A stretch of 64,000 nt of DNA from a virus (taxonomy: Duplodnaviria > Heunggongvirae > Uroviricota > Caudoviricetes), in the IMG/VR virus record IMGVR_UViG_3300026549_001031; one strand, written 5' to 3'. A program made the position numbers and the translations under genes. Positions 47,027-57,357 of this stretch are shown in pieces. The notes under the pieces were generated by a model. The model was given only the letters and a program-made list of their open reading frames with translations, did no database searches and was not told the DNA's origin. Within the stretch, counting starts at the first letter, position 1, and the number at the start of each line of letters is the position of its first letter.

Positions 47027-47954
47027 AGAGATACAGAGTTTCTGTGTACAGGGCACTAGAAAATCACATGCAGACTTGAATGGTAATACACATGATATGA
47101 GAGTATTAGAATTTGAGACTAGTCGTGGTTTAAATAATAAAATGCAATACAAAAGTTTAACTACAACTGGTAGAATAGATTTTGTACAGGATGGTTTATG
47201 GGATCAGCGTTACAATGTTATAATAAGAGACAATGACTATGATGACATTAAGCATCCACATTTTGATTCTTTGAAATTAAACCAGATTACATTAACATGC
47301 CCTAATGATACAGATATAAAATTGAATGTACTTTGGAATGACGGAACTAAGGAGGTTATAGACATAGTAGGTGACCTTTTTACACATGTAATGTTAGGAT
47401 TTAATCATTATGCTACAAGAATAGGCTGCTATGAAATTACACTAACACTTACAGATGATTCATTGATCATGTGGCTAACAGACATGTCTAGATTTGACTA
47501 CGTTAAATGGGTAGAAGTTCAGCAGGTCAAGAAAGAGGACAACAGGGTTGTGTTTGACTTTGATGCATATGATAGTAAAGATAAGTTGTCATGTGATAAG
47601 TTTAAGGGCAGTAACTCAAAACTAATGTGCAGTGGTCATATTGTGTTTAATACAGATCATAAAACACTGACAGCAGAGACAAGAGGTTATGATGCATATG
47701 GATTAAGAGAATATGACCTTAATAAAATGAAAGATGAGAGGGTACTGTATATTGAATTGGATGATACCAGTGATACAGAAGTGAAGATCATGGGAGAGTT
47801 GGAGAATGGCAGTATCATAAATATGAATGTACGTGAGGTATTGGACATGTATGCAAGACATGTGATAAATGACAATGAAATAAATTGTGGAGCATTAAAA
47901 GTCATAGTAGATTGGGGTAAAATTGTGATTAAACTTTCACATAACTTGTATTGA
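46998..47954 (+). CDS. hypothetical protein (318 aa)
   Basis: ORF overlapping upstream gene end. Confidence 0.55.
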   Translation: MRGYNTMINREIQSFCVQGTRKSHADLNGNTHDMRVLEFETSRGLNNKMQYKSLTTTGRIDFVQDGLWDQRYNVIIRDNDYDDIKHPHFDSLKLNQITLTCPNDTDIKLNVLWNDGTKEVIDIVGDLFTHVMLGFNHYATRIGCYEITLTLTDDSLIMWLTDMSRFDYVKWVEVQQVKKEDNRVVFDFDAYDSKDKLSCDKFKGSNSKLMCSGHIVFNTDHKTLTAETRGYDAYGLREYDLNKMKDERVLYIELDDTSDTEVKIMGELENGSIINMNVREVLDMYARHVINDNEINCGALKVIVDWGKIVIKLSHNLY

Positions 47955-48015
47955 GGGGGAATGATGCATAGGACTAAACTTGACAGGCACACAATAAAGA
48001 AGATGAGGCAGTGAT

Positions 48016-48270
48016 ATGAATGAGCTAAGAGATTGTGTAGTAGTAGAGTTCACTAATGGTATCAAGTTTTACATTGGGTTTGACAGTAGTAATAAAAAAT
48101 AGAACATTGGGGAATATGACTTATGTGCATATTTAGGTGAAATTGGCATATATAATAAGTTAATGAAGCATCTAAAGGATGAAAATAGTGCATTGGGTAG
48201 TTTATGTGTTCCTGTGGAGAGATACTTGACATATTGGAAGATATATGTATACAGGAAATGTTAGGATATG
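48016..48270 (+). pseudogene. decayed remnant of paralog family G with in-frame TAG at 48100-48102
   Basis: MNELRDCVVVEFTNGIKFYIGFD aligns with NLKNCILIQRWDGDIGIIDLEY / NLRDCIVIHRYDGSIDIIDI; reading frame continues after TAG for 53 more codons. Confidence 0.45.
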
Positions 48271-48462
48271 AACTTATGGATAAAGTAGAGTTCAGTTATG
48301 CAAGTGGAGCTGGCACACTTAGTTTAGCAGTGAAATGTGCAAATGAGAGTGTGCAATAACAGTAAAAACTGCATTTAGATATAATAATTATAATTTAATT
48401 ATTAAAATACAGATCAAAGACAAGCTAAGAAAAGCAATGAGCATATAAAAGGAGAAAAAGAC

Positions 48463-48987
48463 ATGGTAAATGGTTTATTTGTACGTATCAGATCAAAAGA
48501 GACAGAAGAAGTTTTATTAAAGTGTCCCCTGTCTGAAAAGGTTAGCTCAGATGATATAGAGGCAATCAAAACAGAGTGTGAGCAGTGCGGAATCAAGTTA
48601 GTGGACAGTATAGTTCCTGAATCCTCAAGATTAGCTAGTAACTCTACATTTTGGACAGTCTTGTGGGATGATTACAATTATGTAGCATTAGAAGTTGGAA
48701 TATATGACCAGTATTTGTATGATGTTACAGTGGCTTGGGATGAAAGCAGGCATATGGCAGAGGTTGTTTGGACTGATGATAATGGAGAAGAGCAGGTATT
48801 TGATTTAGCATCACAGCGTGAATTAAGTGCAATGCTTGGTCAGGAATCTTGGAATACAGACTTTGGATGTAAACTGACACCTGGTAAATTGGAGGACAAG
48901 CAGGTGTTTAACTTGGATACAAATGAAGTAGAGAATATGGAATACAGTAGTGCAGTGATTACAGTGAGAGAATCAGAGGATAAATAA
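48463..48987 (+). CDS. hypothetical protein (174 aa)
   Basis: AAAAGGAGAAAAAGAC RBS. Confidence 0.55.
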   Translation: MVNGLFVRIRSKETEEVLLKCPLSEKVSSDDIEAIKTECEQCGIKLVDSIVPESSRLASNSTFWTVLWDDYNYVALEVGIYDQYLYDVTVAWDESRHMAEVVWTDDNGEEQVFDLASQRELSAMLGQESWNTDFGCKLTPGKLEDKQVFNLDTNEVENMEYSSAVITVRESEDK

Positions 48988-49024
48988 AAGAGCGTGCAGT
49001 TGGAGCATTGAAAAAATAAATAAG

Positions 49025-49068
49025 CCTGTGTCATAGGAAATAAAACCATGACACTAGGTTTATTTTAG
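49025..49068 (+). terminator. candidate Rho-independent terminator (bulged stem CCTGTGTCATAGG/CCATGACACTAGG + TTTATTTT)
   Basis: Imperfect inverted repeat with 7-bp core GTGTCAT followed by T-rich run. Confidence 0.45.
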
Positions 49069-49096
49069 CACTTGGGTAATTGCAGGAGCATAGGGA

Positions 49097-50248
49097 ATGT
49101 TAGATAGACAGGGTTTAGGTTTGGAGTTAGACAATACTAGTTTATATTTGATCTTTGTAAGAGAGGGCAAATATGCAGTAGTTAATTTAGACAAGACCAT
49201 TGAAAATAGTAAAATTGACATAGCAGGTGATTATTGGACAGTTAATGAGGATGTTAACTTGCATCAACTTGAATATACTGAGGCATTGATTAAAATAACA
49301 ATTAGCAGCTATTTTCAAGACAGACTTGGATGTGCAGTCTCTTTTAATTGTAATACAGGCGAGGAAATAACTGGAGTTACACTTGATAATTTATTTGAGA
49401 GAGTTACAATTAAATCTAGGACAGATACAGATGTGTATTTGGTCAGAGGAAATAAAGAGATATACATTAGTGAACAAGTTGGTTTGGCTTCAGCGCTTGG
49501 ATGTGACGGTACAGAAGTTGGTTTGGACAACCTGATAGATAATGTCAGGGTTTCAGGGTTTATTAGTCCTATGACTAATTCAGATGGGTTTATAGAGGGT
49601 TGTCTTAGCATTAGAGTTGAGATATATAGACAACCATTGGAGGAGGATAACAATACAGAAGTTATTATACTGCGTGACAAAAGAAAAATGGACAGATATG
49701 AGGTAGAGGGGGAGGAGAGCAGCATTGGAGAAAAGAGCATTGGAGAAAAGTATGAGTTGGAAGAGGCATTTAGAATTAACTTAGGCAGACCTCTTAATTT
49801 AAGAGCTGGTACATGTGGATTTCATATAGACAATTCAAAGAATATTAAAATTACAGTGAGTAATAATCATACACCTTTGACAGATAGAGGTAGAAAAAGC
49901 TTCTATAGGGGAAGTTGTAGGATACCTGTAATAACAAGTGAACTCACTAGAGTAGGAGTGTTCATTGGAAGTGACACAGTAAATCTATGGATCAACATAG
50001 ATGACTATGGAAGAGTGCATAGGGCTGATTTATTTTGGACAGATAAGAATGAGGATGTGCAAGTAATAGTTGAGAATAAGGCACTTGGACAAAAAATGGT
50101 TTATCAAATGTTTGATAATGATACATATGAAAATGAACCTGATACAGGGATTGGATGTTGGGTTGTGCATGAGACAATTTCAAAAGATCCTGATGAAATT
50201 TCAGAGTTCATAAGGTTAAATAGTAAAGAAAACGGGTTGAATACATAG
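49097..50248 (+). CDS. hypothetical protein (383 aa), paralog family D
   Basis: Shares LYLIF N-terminal block and GxxxGxxGTEVGLDNLI block with 53441, 54597, 55633 genes. Confidence 0.55.
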   Translation: MLDRQGLGLELDNTSLYLIFVREGKYAVVNLDKTIENSKIDIAGDYWTVNEDVNLHQLEYTEALIKITISSYFQDRLGCAVSFNCNTGEEITGVTLDNLFERVTIKSRTDTDVYLVRGNKEIYISEQVGLASALGCDGTEVGLDNLIDNVRVSGFISPMTNSDGFIEGCLSIRVEIYRQPLEEDNNTEVIILRDKRKMDRYEVEGEESSIGEKSIGEKYELEEAFRINLGRPLNLRAGTCGFHIDNSKNIKITVSNNHTPLTDRGRKSFYRGSCRIPVITSELTRVGVFIGSDTVNLWINIDDYGRVHRADLFWTDKNEDVQVIVENKALGQKMVYQMFDNDTYENEPDTGIGCWVVHETISKDPDEISEFIRLNSKENGLNT

Positions 50249-50299
50249 ACAATGTAGAAAGACATGAAGTAAATAAGAGTTAGGGCAGGGGTTATAAGA

Positions 50300-51499
50300 A
50301 TGGGATCTGGAGTATATCATATCGAGACAATAAAAGTAAAGAGTAGGGCAACAGGAAATGTGGTTGTGCAGTTTAGATTGGATGCTAAATACAAGAAAAC
50401 AATAATAAAGCCATCAGAGATGAAACCACTTATAGGGGCTATGTTGATCAGTAGTAATACAGGGTACAGTTATGATTTTGAGAAATTGGCAAGAAATTAT
50501 AAGTATGTGCCTACTAGAAGTATAAGGGCATACATACCATATGTACATACAGCAGTATACCATACAAGCATTACAAAGAAAGAGATTGATACACCTGATT
50601 TGACAGAGTGTCATGTGATTAGTTTATTGCATGATTTAGGTACAGAGTATTTAGCAGCAGTTGCATTTAATTCACTTGATAACAGGAAATATGAGTACAT
50701 ATACACTGGAGAGAAAGAGATAAACTTATCAGAATTATATGAGAAGCATAGACAAGTTGGAGTAAAAGAGATTGATAGCACTTCAACAAGAAACATATAC
50801 ATGGCAAATGAGATTTTGTTTATGACTTCAAAAAGAATAGACTTCTATGAAATGGGTAAGCTTTATGATGCATCTAGTACATGTAAAATAGATTTGGTTC
50901 CTACAGTATTGAAAATTGAGGAATCAAAAAGAAAAAAGAGAGGAAAGATTAGCATTGAGGAACAGGCAGAGGAAAATAAGAAAGAATACAATGAAAGATT
51001 AGAAAGGGCTAAAAGAAAAGGAAATATATACATTGAAATTAACAATGACATTGACAAAATTTTGATTGATACAGGGGCTGAAAAGATGGAGGACATTGTG
51101 ACAATTCTTCAGAGCAGTAGGTTTAATTACAGATTAACTCATGGAGAATTGGAAACAAATGTTAGCAACATGTCTTTTAGGTTGGAGTACAGAGATCCTA
51201 ATAAAGAGGCTCTAAAAAGTTCAAGAATTGTGGAAGGTAGTGTTGTTGTTGATACCTTAATTCCTAGGGACAGGTTTATTTGTGACATTTATTTTTTACA
51301 TAATCAGTGTAGCATATTCAGGTTCAAAAAGAATGATATATATGTAAAAGTATGTGGAGGGCATGAAGACTATGACCTTAATGAATTAGTTGGCATAGCT
51401 GATATGACAGGCGGCAATAAATTTCTTTATGAAGACTGTGCTATTGGGATAAACAACTTTGTGTTTGTAGGGATTGGCAATGGAATGAAAGAGATTTGA
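50300..51499 (+). CDS. hypothetical protein (399 aa)
   Basis: ORF with GGGCAGGGG RBS-like sequence. Confidence 0.55.
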   Translation: MGSGVYHIETIKVKSRATGNVVVQFRLDAKYKKTIIKPSEMKPLIGAMLISSNTGYSYDFEKLARNYKYVPTRSIRAYIPYVHTAVYHTSITKKEIDTPDLTECHVISLLHDLGTEYLAAVAFNSLDNRKYEYIYTGEKEINLSELYEKHRQVGVKEIDSTSTRNIYMANEILFMTSKRIDFYEMGKLYDASSTCKIDLVPTVLKIEESKRKKRGKISIEEQAEENKKEYNERLERAKRKGNIYIEINNDIDKILIDTGAEKMEDIVTILQSSRFNYRLTHGELETNVSNMSFRLEYRDPNKEALKSSRIVEGSVVVDTLIPRDRFICDIYFLHNQCSIFRFKKNDIYVKVCGGHEDYDLNELVGIADMTGGNKFLYEDCAIGINNFVFVGIGNGMKEI

Positions 51500-51570
51500 C
51501 AAGGAAAAAGAAAAGATGAGCAAAGGATTACAGGTAACGGACAATGGCAGAATAATGGGATGTACATTGG

Positions 51571-52071
51571 ATGAATTTGAGAAAGTCATTAAAAAAAGAA
51601 AGAGTTACGAGCGATGGTTTATTGCTGAACATCAATAATGAGTTTAGGGCATATATTCCTTTGAACTTGGGGCTTGTACATGGAAAGTTAAACATGTATA
51701 CAACAGAGATTGGACATAAATCTAGTATGGGGTTTAATTATATTGAAGATGATGGGCATATAAAAGTAAATTTGGTCTATAGGACATGGCTAATTGGCAT
51801 GTGTGAGTATAAGCAAGGAGTAAAAAATAAATGGGTATTACATAAGATAATTTTAATACCAGGTAGTATAATATCAGAGTTTGATGCTGATTACATAACA
51901 ATTGATGAAAAGATCAGTTTATCTGATGTGTTGGATGAGTCAAGGATGTTTGGGATATTAACATGGTACAATGTCAAAGAGATTAATGGCATGTGGTTAA
52001 GTTTGGATGGAGGTAATATGTTTTTAAGTGATCATATGTACAATCCTAAGGACTTAAAGGTTTATGGATAG
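51571..52071 (+). CDS. hypothetical protein (166 aa), paralog family E; start uncertain (overlaps 40-codon ORF 51516-51638 with A7 tract)
   Basis: C-terminal block MFGILTWYNVKEINGMWLSLDGG aligns with NMLGISSWNNIEEIDNLWLSISAG and NMLGIKVWHNMNKIDNMFVSIVNKG. Confidence 0.5.
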   Translation: MNLRKSLKKERVTSDGLLLNINNEFRAYIPLNLGLVHGKLNMYTTEIGHKSSMGFNYIEDDGHIKVNLVYRTWLIGMCEYKQGVKNKWVLHKIILIPGSIISEFDADYITIDEKISLSDVLDESRMFGILTWYNVKEINGMWLSLDGGNMFLSDHMYNPKDLKVYG

Positions 52072-52244
52072 AACATAAGAAAATAGGAAAATGGACAAGG
52101 AGTAATGGGAAGTAGATCATGGGAAGTGATTTAGATAGCATAGTCTTAAGAGGGGATCAAGCAGCTAAGACAGTTATAAAAGACCTTGATACAATTAAAG
52201 AATGAAATAAACATGTTGAAATTGAAAGCAAACATAAGGGTTGC

Positions 52245-52712
52245 TTGATATTCACACTGAAGGATTGTAAGATACTTTTCTCATTATGTGTTTATTACAG
52301 TGATAATACACCAGAGACACATTTATACGTGTATAAGCATAATGGAAAAGCAAAGGTGTCCACAGAAACAGGAAAGATGCTTGGGAGAATAATAGACACA
52401 GCAGTAATGTTTAATGATGAGACAGCTATACACTTGAGATTTGAGCTTAAGGATGACAATTGGTCAGCTACAGATATTGAGTGAGATGCTGGGGTATTGA
52501 GTGGTACTACAGAACTTACACATGTACATGGGGATGTGCATAAAAACTTATTAGAAAACATTGATATGATCAATATGCTTGGGATATCAAGTTGGAACAA
52601 CATAGAGGAAATAGATAACTTGTGGTTGAGTATAAGTGCAGGTAAATTTGTTTATTTAACAAGTAAGCAAGCAGTACCTATCAATTATAAGGAATATACA
52701 GTGACAGATTGA
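52245..52712 (+). pseudogene. paralog family E gene with in-frame TGA at 52482-52484 (nonsense mutation or readthrough/recoding)
   Basis: Track ORFs 52245-52484 and 52497-52712 are in the same frame separated only by TGA; fused length 151 aa matches paralogs (152-166 aa); TGA aligns with Cys (TGT/TGC) of 52932 paralog. Confidence 0.5.
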
Positions 52713-52931
52713 GGGTTAGACATAACAAATGGGAGCATGACATTGGATAGTATAACATATGAATTGATAAAGCAGAGATTAAGAAAAGCAATGAGTAAAT
52801 CAACATCTATGAAAGATAATAAATGCATGGGTAATGGTAAAGATACAGCAGTCTATCAGCTCTGCAAAATTGATAACCTGGTTGATTTGAATAAATAAAT
52901 AGAAATTGAGAAGCAACATGACGGTTGTTTA

Positions 52932-53420
52932 TTGATGCAATGGGAAGAACACACAATGATGCTTTCATTTTGGATACCTGACTGTAATGATAGGAAAGAC
53001 ATCATTACAATTTATATGGTGGACAATGTACAAATCTGGGACCTGGAAGATCCAGTCATAGAAGTTCAAAAGACAAACTGGGATTCAATTAGTGTTGGTA
53101 TATATTATTATGGATATGACATTGTACTTGTAGACTTTATATGGGATACAGATAAAAAGAAATGGACAGTGGCAAATTGTGATTGTGGCATGGTAGAGGT
53201 ATCTAGACATACAGAAGTTACATATATAACAAAGAATGGACAGTGGAAATTATCAGAAAACATTGATTTAGCTAATATGCTTGGTATTAAGGTTTGGCAT
53301 AATATGAATAAGATAGATAATATGTTTGTTAGCATAGTAAATAAAGGAATATCATTAAGTATTCAGAAGAAAGCACCTGATGAATTGAGAGTATTTGAAA
53401 CAGACGGAGAAAAGCAGTAA
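52932..53420 (+). CDS. hypothetical protein (162 aa), paralog family E
   Basis: Conserved 5' leader GAAATTGAGAAGCAACATGACGGTTG shared with 52245 gene leader. Confidence 0.5.
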   Translation: MMQWEEHTMMLSFWIPDCNDRKDIITIYMVDNVQIWDLEDPVIEVQKTNWDSISVGIYYYGYDIVLVDFIWDTDKKKWTVANCDCGMVEVSRHTEVTYITKNGQWKLSENIDLANMLGIKVWHNMNKIDNMFVSIVNKGISLSIQKKAPDELRVFETDGEKQ

Positions 53421-53440
53421 AAGAAAGGACAGGCAGTAGA

Positions 53441-54547
53441 ATGAAAGTTTCAGACTTTGGAATTTATGGAATTGACAATGGAGATGCATACTTATTATTT
53501 AAGAGAATAGGATCAAACAATCTTGACTGGTCGTGGTTTAATTTAGATGATACAGTTAAAAATGAAGTGAATGGAGCACAGGTTTATGGTAAACAGCTTA
53601 GACTACAGGAGGATGCTATTGTAGATACCTTATATGGTAGTAGGTGTGGTAAGCTGGATCGTAACTTTACACTTGGCATAACTGAATATAGTGAATGTCA
53701 GTTCAATAAAAAAACACATACAGCAAATGAAATTGGTGCATATAATATAACAATTAGGAGCATTGATGGAAATATAGACTCTGTTAAAATGAAATACAAT
53801 ATACAAACATATGAGTCATATCTAGTAAAGGGAGATACAGTAATAGATATTAACAAGTGTGCAGGAGTTAGACAACTTGCAGGGTTTTGTGGAGAGTTAG
53901 GGCTCGAGAGTTTAATACAGAACATACAAATTATATTGGATACAGCTGAAAGAAAAGATGGTTACATTGGAATTTCAATATATAAAGCAGTATTTGATTG
54001 GGATAGCAGTACATATTTACAAATGGTAGCACACAGTATGGGAAAACAAACAGTGTTTGACCTGGGATACACAAATGAGGGCATAAGTAGTAATAAATAT
54101 GACTTGTATTCTTTGAGGCACATGAATGTAGATTTGGATAGACCTGGAGTTAAGAGCTTTTCTTACATTAGATGTAGTAGCTTAACTACTAAAGAAGAGG
54201 ATAGTATTATGGAATATGACATGTGGTTACCTGATAGATTGTATGTGATGGCATTGTTAGACGGAGAAAAACGCTTAAGTAAAATGAATGTCATTGGTAA
54301 AGATACTCGTACAGATAAAATTGAATTTATACTTAGGAAAACAGAGGATGGCAACACAGTAGATAAATCAGTGTTACTTATTGATAATGAAGGATGCGTT
54401 AAAGATGGTAAGAATAAGTTTTCAAAAGAAGTACTTGGGCATTGGGTATTAGAATATAGTCCTAGTGTAAAGGGAAGATGGGCAATAGGTATAAATCATT
54501 TGAGCAATACTGGAAAGATGCCTTCATTTGCATTTCTTGGTATATAA
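53441..54547 (+). CDS. hypothetical protein (368 aa), paralog family D
   Basis: AAGGACAGGCAGTAGA RBS; GVRQLAGFCGELGLESLIQN block. Confidence 0.55.
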   Translation: MKVSDFGIYGIDNGDAYLLFKRIGSNNLDWSWFNLDDTVKNEVNGAQVYGKQLRLQEDAIVDTLYGSRCGKLDRNFTLGITEYSECQFNKKTHTANEIGAYNITIRSIDGNIDSVKMKYNIQTYESYLVKGDTVIDINKCAGVRQLAGFCGELGLESLIQNIQIILDTAERKDGYIGISIYKAVFDWDSSTYLQMVAHSMGKQTVFDLGYTNEGISSNKYDLYSLRHMNVDLDRPGVKSFSYIRCSSLTTKEEDSIMEYDMWLPDRLYVMALLDGEKRLSKMNVIGKDTRTDKIEFILRKTEDGNTVDKSVLLIDNEGCVKDGKNKFSKEVLGHWVLEYSPSVKGRWAIGINHLSNTGKMPSFAFLGI

Positions 54548-54596
54548 AAGTCAGACAGAAAAAAATTGTAGTCAAAAGTTGGACAGGTGGTTAAAA

Positions 54597-55628
54597 ATGA
54601 ATGGCTGTAAATTTGATAAAAGATACAGTAAAGGCTTATGGTTAATCTTTAGAGAAAAGAGTGGTAGGACTTGGCATAAAATAAAGTTTGGCAAGGGGTT
54701 TAATGCAAAAGACAGTGGACTCAATAAATATGCATATGGTAAAAGGGAAAGGTCTTATTTTCCTAGGTCATTAGCATTACTTGGCAACAGGTTTGACATA
54801 TACGACTTCTTGTTACATGAGGGTACTTATGAATGGAATAGTTCTACATTAACAATTAGAACAATAGATAGTGTAATAGACAATGTAGTTTTTGAATTTG
54901 ACAAAGACTTATTTGAGGCATACTTAATAAATGAGGGGTACATCATTGATGTTTATAAGGAGATAGGAGTAACAAATGCATGTGGCAGTAATGGTACAGA
55001 AATAGGTTTGAACAAGGTGGTACCCGGAGTTGAAATTGAGTACTCATATAAATGGAAAGGGATGATCCGTCTAAGAATAATAAAAGAGCATATCAAGTAT
55101 GACTATAATGAGGAACTTGAATGCAAGGTTACAGTTAATGGTACAGTGGAGTTTGACTACAATATCAGTAGTCCACTATTTGATGGACCTAAGGGGTTGG
55201 ATATGAGGAACAATATTAAGGACAAGCATCTGGATATAAGAGACTACTATCACTATAGAATTAGGAGTGGATACAGGCTAGGAAAAACAATAGCATTTGA
55301 GAGTTACTTATCACTCTACGAAAATCTGGGTGTATACACACTTGAAATTGAGAATGACATGAAACTATGTGCTATAGAAATTAACCCTACAGTTAGATGT
55401 TTAGCTGGCAGTGATGCAACTATAGAGTTGACACGATTGAAAAATGGGAAAGAGATTGATAAGCTAGAGTTATTATACACTAAAGATACAGATGATAACA
55501 TATATAAATGGTTTGGACAGTGGATGATATGGAAAGAGGGCAGTATACTTAATATAAGACATAGTTCATGTCTTGGAGAGTTTGTAGTTTGCAGACTTGG
55601 TAGTGAAGAAGATGGCATAGTGATATAG
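54597..55628 (+). CDS. hypothetical protein (about 343 aa), paralog family D
   Basis: ATG 54597 after GGACAGGTGG gives N-terminus MNGCKFDKRYSKGLWLIF aligning with paralog N-termini; track start 54528 overlaps upstream gene. Confidence 0.55.
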   Translation: MNGCKFDKRYSKGLWLIFREKSGRTWHKIKFGKGFNAKDSGLNKYAYGKRERSYFPRSLALLGNRFDIYDFLLHEGTYEWNSSTLTIRTIDSVIDNVVFEFDKDLFEAYLINEGYIIDVYKEIGVTNACGSNGTEIGLNKVVPGVEIEYSYKWKGMIRLRIIKEHIKYDYNEELECKVTVNGTVEFDYNISSPLFDGPKGLDMRNNIKDKHLDIRDYYHYRIRSGYRLGKTIAFESYLSLYENLGVYTLEIENDMKLCAIEINPTVRCLAGSDATIELTRLKNGKEIDKLELLYTKDTDDNIYKWFGQWMIWKEGSILNIRHSSCLGEFVVCRLGSEEDGIVI

Positions 55629-55632
55629 GAGA

Positions 55633-56787
55633 ATGTACATGATATCTGAAAGAAAACACTTCTTAGAAAAAGTTAATATCATGGAGAAGTTAGGATTAGG
55701 CAAGGATGGTTTATATCTTGTACTTAGGGGAAAGTTAACAGGCTGTGTTGGAAAATGGTCCTGGTTAAGATTAGATACATGTTTAAGTAATAATGACATT
55801 GACAAGTTGAATGGAGGTGCATGGCATGCAAGTGTAGAGGCAACGGAACAAAGAAGAGAGCATACAGAACAAACACGTAATACATATAAAGGAAGAAGTA
55901 TGTTATATGAACCTTGGTGTGTTGAGCATTTCAGTTTTGCAGAATCACTTGATAATTATGGAAGTCACTTAACAGTAAGAGCATTTGATAATAAAGTTGA
56001 CAAAGTTAAATTTGAGTATGTGTCTGATAATTATGATATGTACATTGTGAGTGGGAATAGTGGCAGTGTAATTGACATAAATAAAGAGGCGGAAGCATTA
56101 TACTTAAGCGGTTTTGACAATGGAGAATTAGGACTTGATAGTTTAATTCCTGGTATCAGCATAGAGTTTGTAAGAGTTCATAGATACAAAGTTCATGGGC
56201 ATAAAAAGTATATTATTTATATTAAGTTCATAAGTTTTAAGGAAGATAGACATGAAAGATTGGGTATTAACTTTTTGTTTGATGGCACAAGCAGGTTGAG
56301 AATTAAGAGTGTTGATGACATTAAATCTCAAGACTCCTTAAATTGGTATATTGATGATGGAATTGAGGATAGAGGTTATACTTATAGAGCTGGCAGACCT
56401 GGTGCACCTTTTAATAGACATTGTTATAAATTAGCTGATATACATAAGAGTTATAATAGATATGGTTTAATTGTAGGTCATCAGACATCTATAGATTTTG
56501 TAGTAGAAAATGATTATAGCACTAAGCTCATTGATATTTCCTTGTGTCCTAAGATAATTGATGTTGGGAAGGATATAGACATTATAATCACAAGGGAATA
56601 CAACGGAGAAGTGATTGATACCATTAAAATAAATAACAGTCACCCTGAAGTATTAAGGGATAAGCAGAGCAGTTTTATATTTGGCAATTGGATTTTTATA
56701 AGTGACGTCTCTGATAGTGTGGTAGGTTTATGTAGATATAAATTGATGCATAAACAAGGAACAGCAGAATTTATACATGAAATATGA
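55633..56787 (+). CDS. hypothetical protein (384 aa), paralog family D (alternative start ATG 55680)
   Basis: TAGGAG RBS before 55633; EKLGLGKDGLYLVLRGK aligns with RQGLGLELDNTSLYLIFVREGK of 49097 gene. Confidence 0.55.
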   Translation: MYMISERKHFLEKVNIMEKLGLGKDGLYLVLRGKLTGCVGKWSWLRLDTCLSNNDIDKLNGGAWHASVEATEQRREHTEQTRNTYKGRSMLYEPWCVEHFSFAESLDNYGSHLTVRAFDNKVDKVKFEYVSDNYDMYIVSGNSGSVIDINKEAEALYLSGFDNGELGLDSLIPGISIEFVRVHRYKVHGHKKYIIYIKFISFKEDRHERLGINFLFDGTSRLRIKSVDDIKSQDSLNWYIDDGIEDRGYTYRAGRPGAPFNRHCYKLADIHKSYNRYGLIVGHQTSIDFVVENDYSTKLIDISLCPKIIDVGKDIDIIITREYNGEVIDTIKINNSHPEVLRDKQSSFIFGNWIFISDVSDSVVGLCRYKLMHKQGTAEFIHEI

Positions 56788-56839
56788 AGCATAAAAGAAA
56801 TACTTTGGAAACAGTCGAGAAACAGTTGGGGAATGAAGT

Positions 56840-57319
56840 ATGGACATAAATAAAAAATTGTACAACTTTGATAAAAGTAAACTAATCAATGAAGATTTGT
56901 ATCTAATCATTGAAAAAGAGGATAAAGACACTGGAGAATCAAGATGGGCATGGATAGATATAGATAAACCATGTAATGATGAAAGAAGTAAAATTGTGGT
57001 TTATGGGGATGCATGGGAGGATAGTGGAATTACATGTAATGCATATACAATATGGCAACAGCTTTATATAGGAGAATTTGAGGACTATTTTGATACTCTT
57101 ATAACAGTAGATAAAGAGACAGGGTTCTGTATTAGTATAAGGATTGTACATAATGAAAATAAAGTTGATCAGGTAGGTATAAAAATCAGCACTAAAAAGT
57201 CAGATGGCTTAGCAATTTATTTATATCATTTGGGAAAGATAATAAACATGACAGAAGAAACTAAGATATGCTATCTTAGTGGGGGGAGTTTAGCAATGAA
57301 ATTGGGTTTGGAGACTTAA
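56840..57319 (+). CDS. hypothetical protein (159 aa)
   Basis: ORF with GTTGGGGAATGAAGT RBS-like sequence. Confidence 0.5.
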   Translation: MDINKKLYNFDKSKLINEDLYLIIEKEDKDTGESRWAWIDIDKPCNDERSKIVVYGDAWEDSGITCNAYTIWQQLYIGEFEDYFDTLITVDKETGFCISIRIVHNENKVDQVGIKISTKKSDGLAIYLYHLGKIINMTEETKICYLSGGSLAMKLGLET

Positions 57320-57357
57320 TAAATAATGTAAGAGTTAGCTTTGCAATAAGTGGTAAG

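Noticed and set aside
48100-52484. Stop-codon reassignment (TGA to Trp/Gly or TAG to Gln) suggested by in-frame TGA (52482) and TAG (48100)
   Set aside because: TGG Trp codons are abundant. Long ORFs (up to 778 codons) are uninterrupted under the standard code. The two internal stops are different codons and occur in visibly decaying paralog copies.
52485-52540. Selenocysteine insertion at TGA 52482
   Set aside because: No SECIS-like hairpin is present within 40 nt downstream (only a short CATGTACATG palindrome), and the aligned residue is not a conserved Cys across the family.
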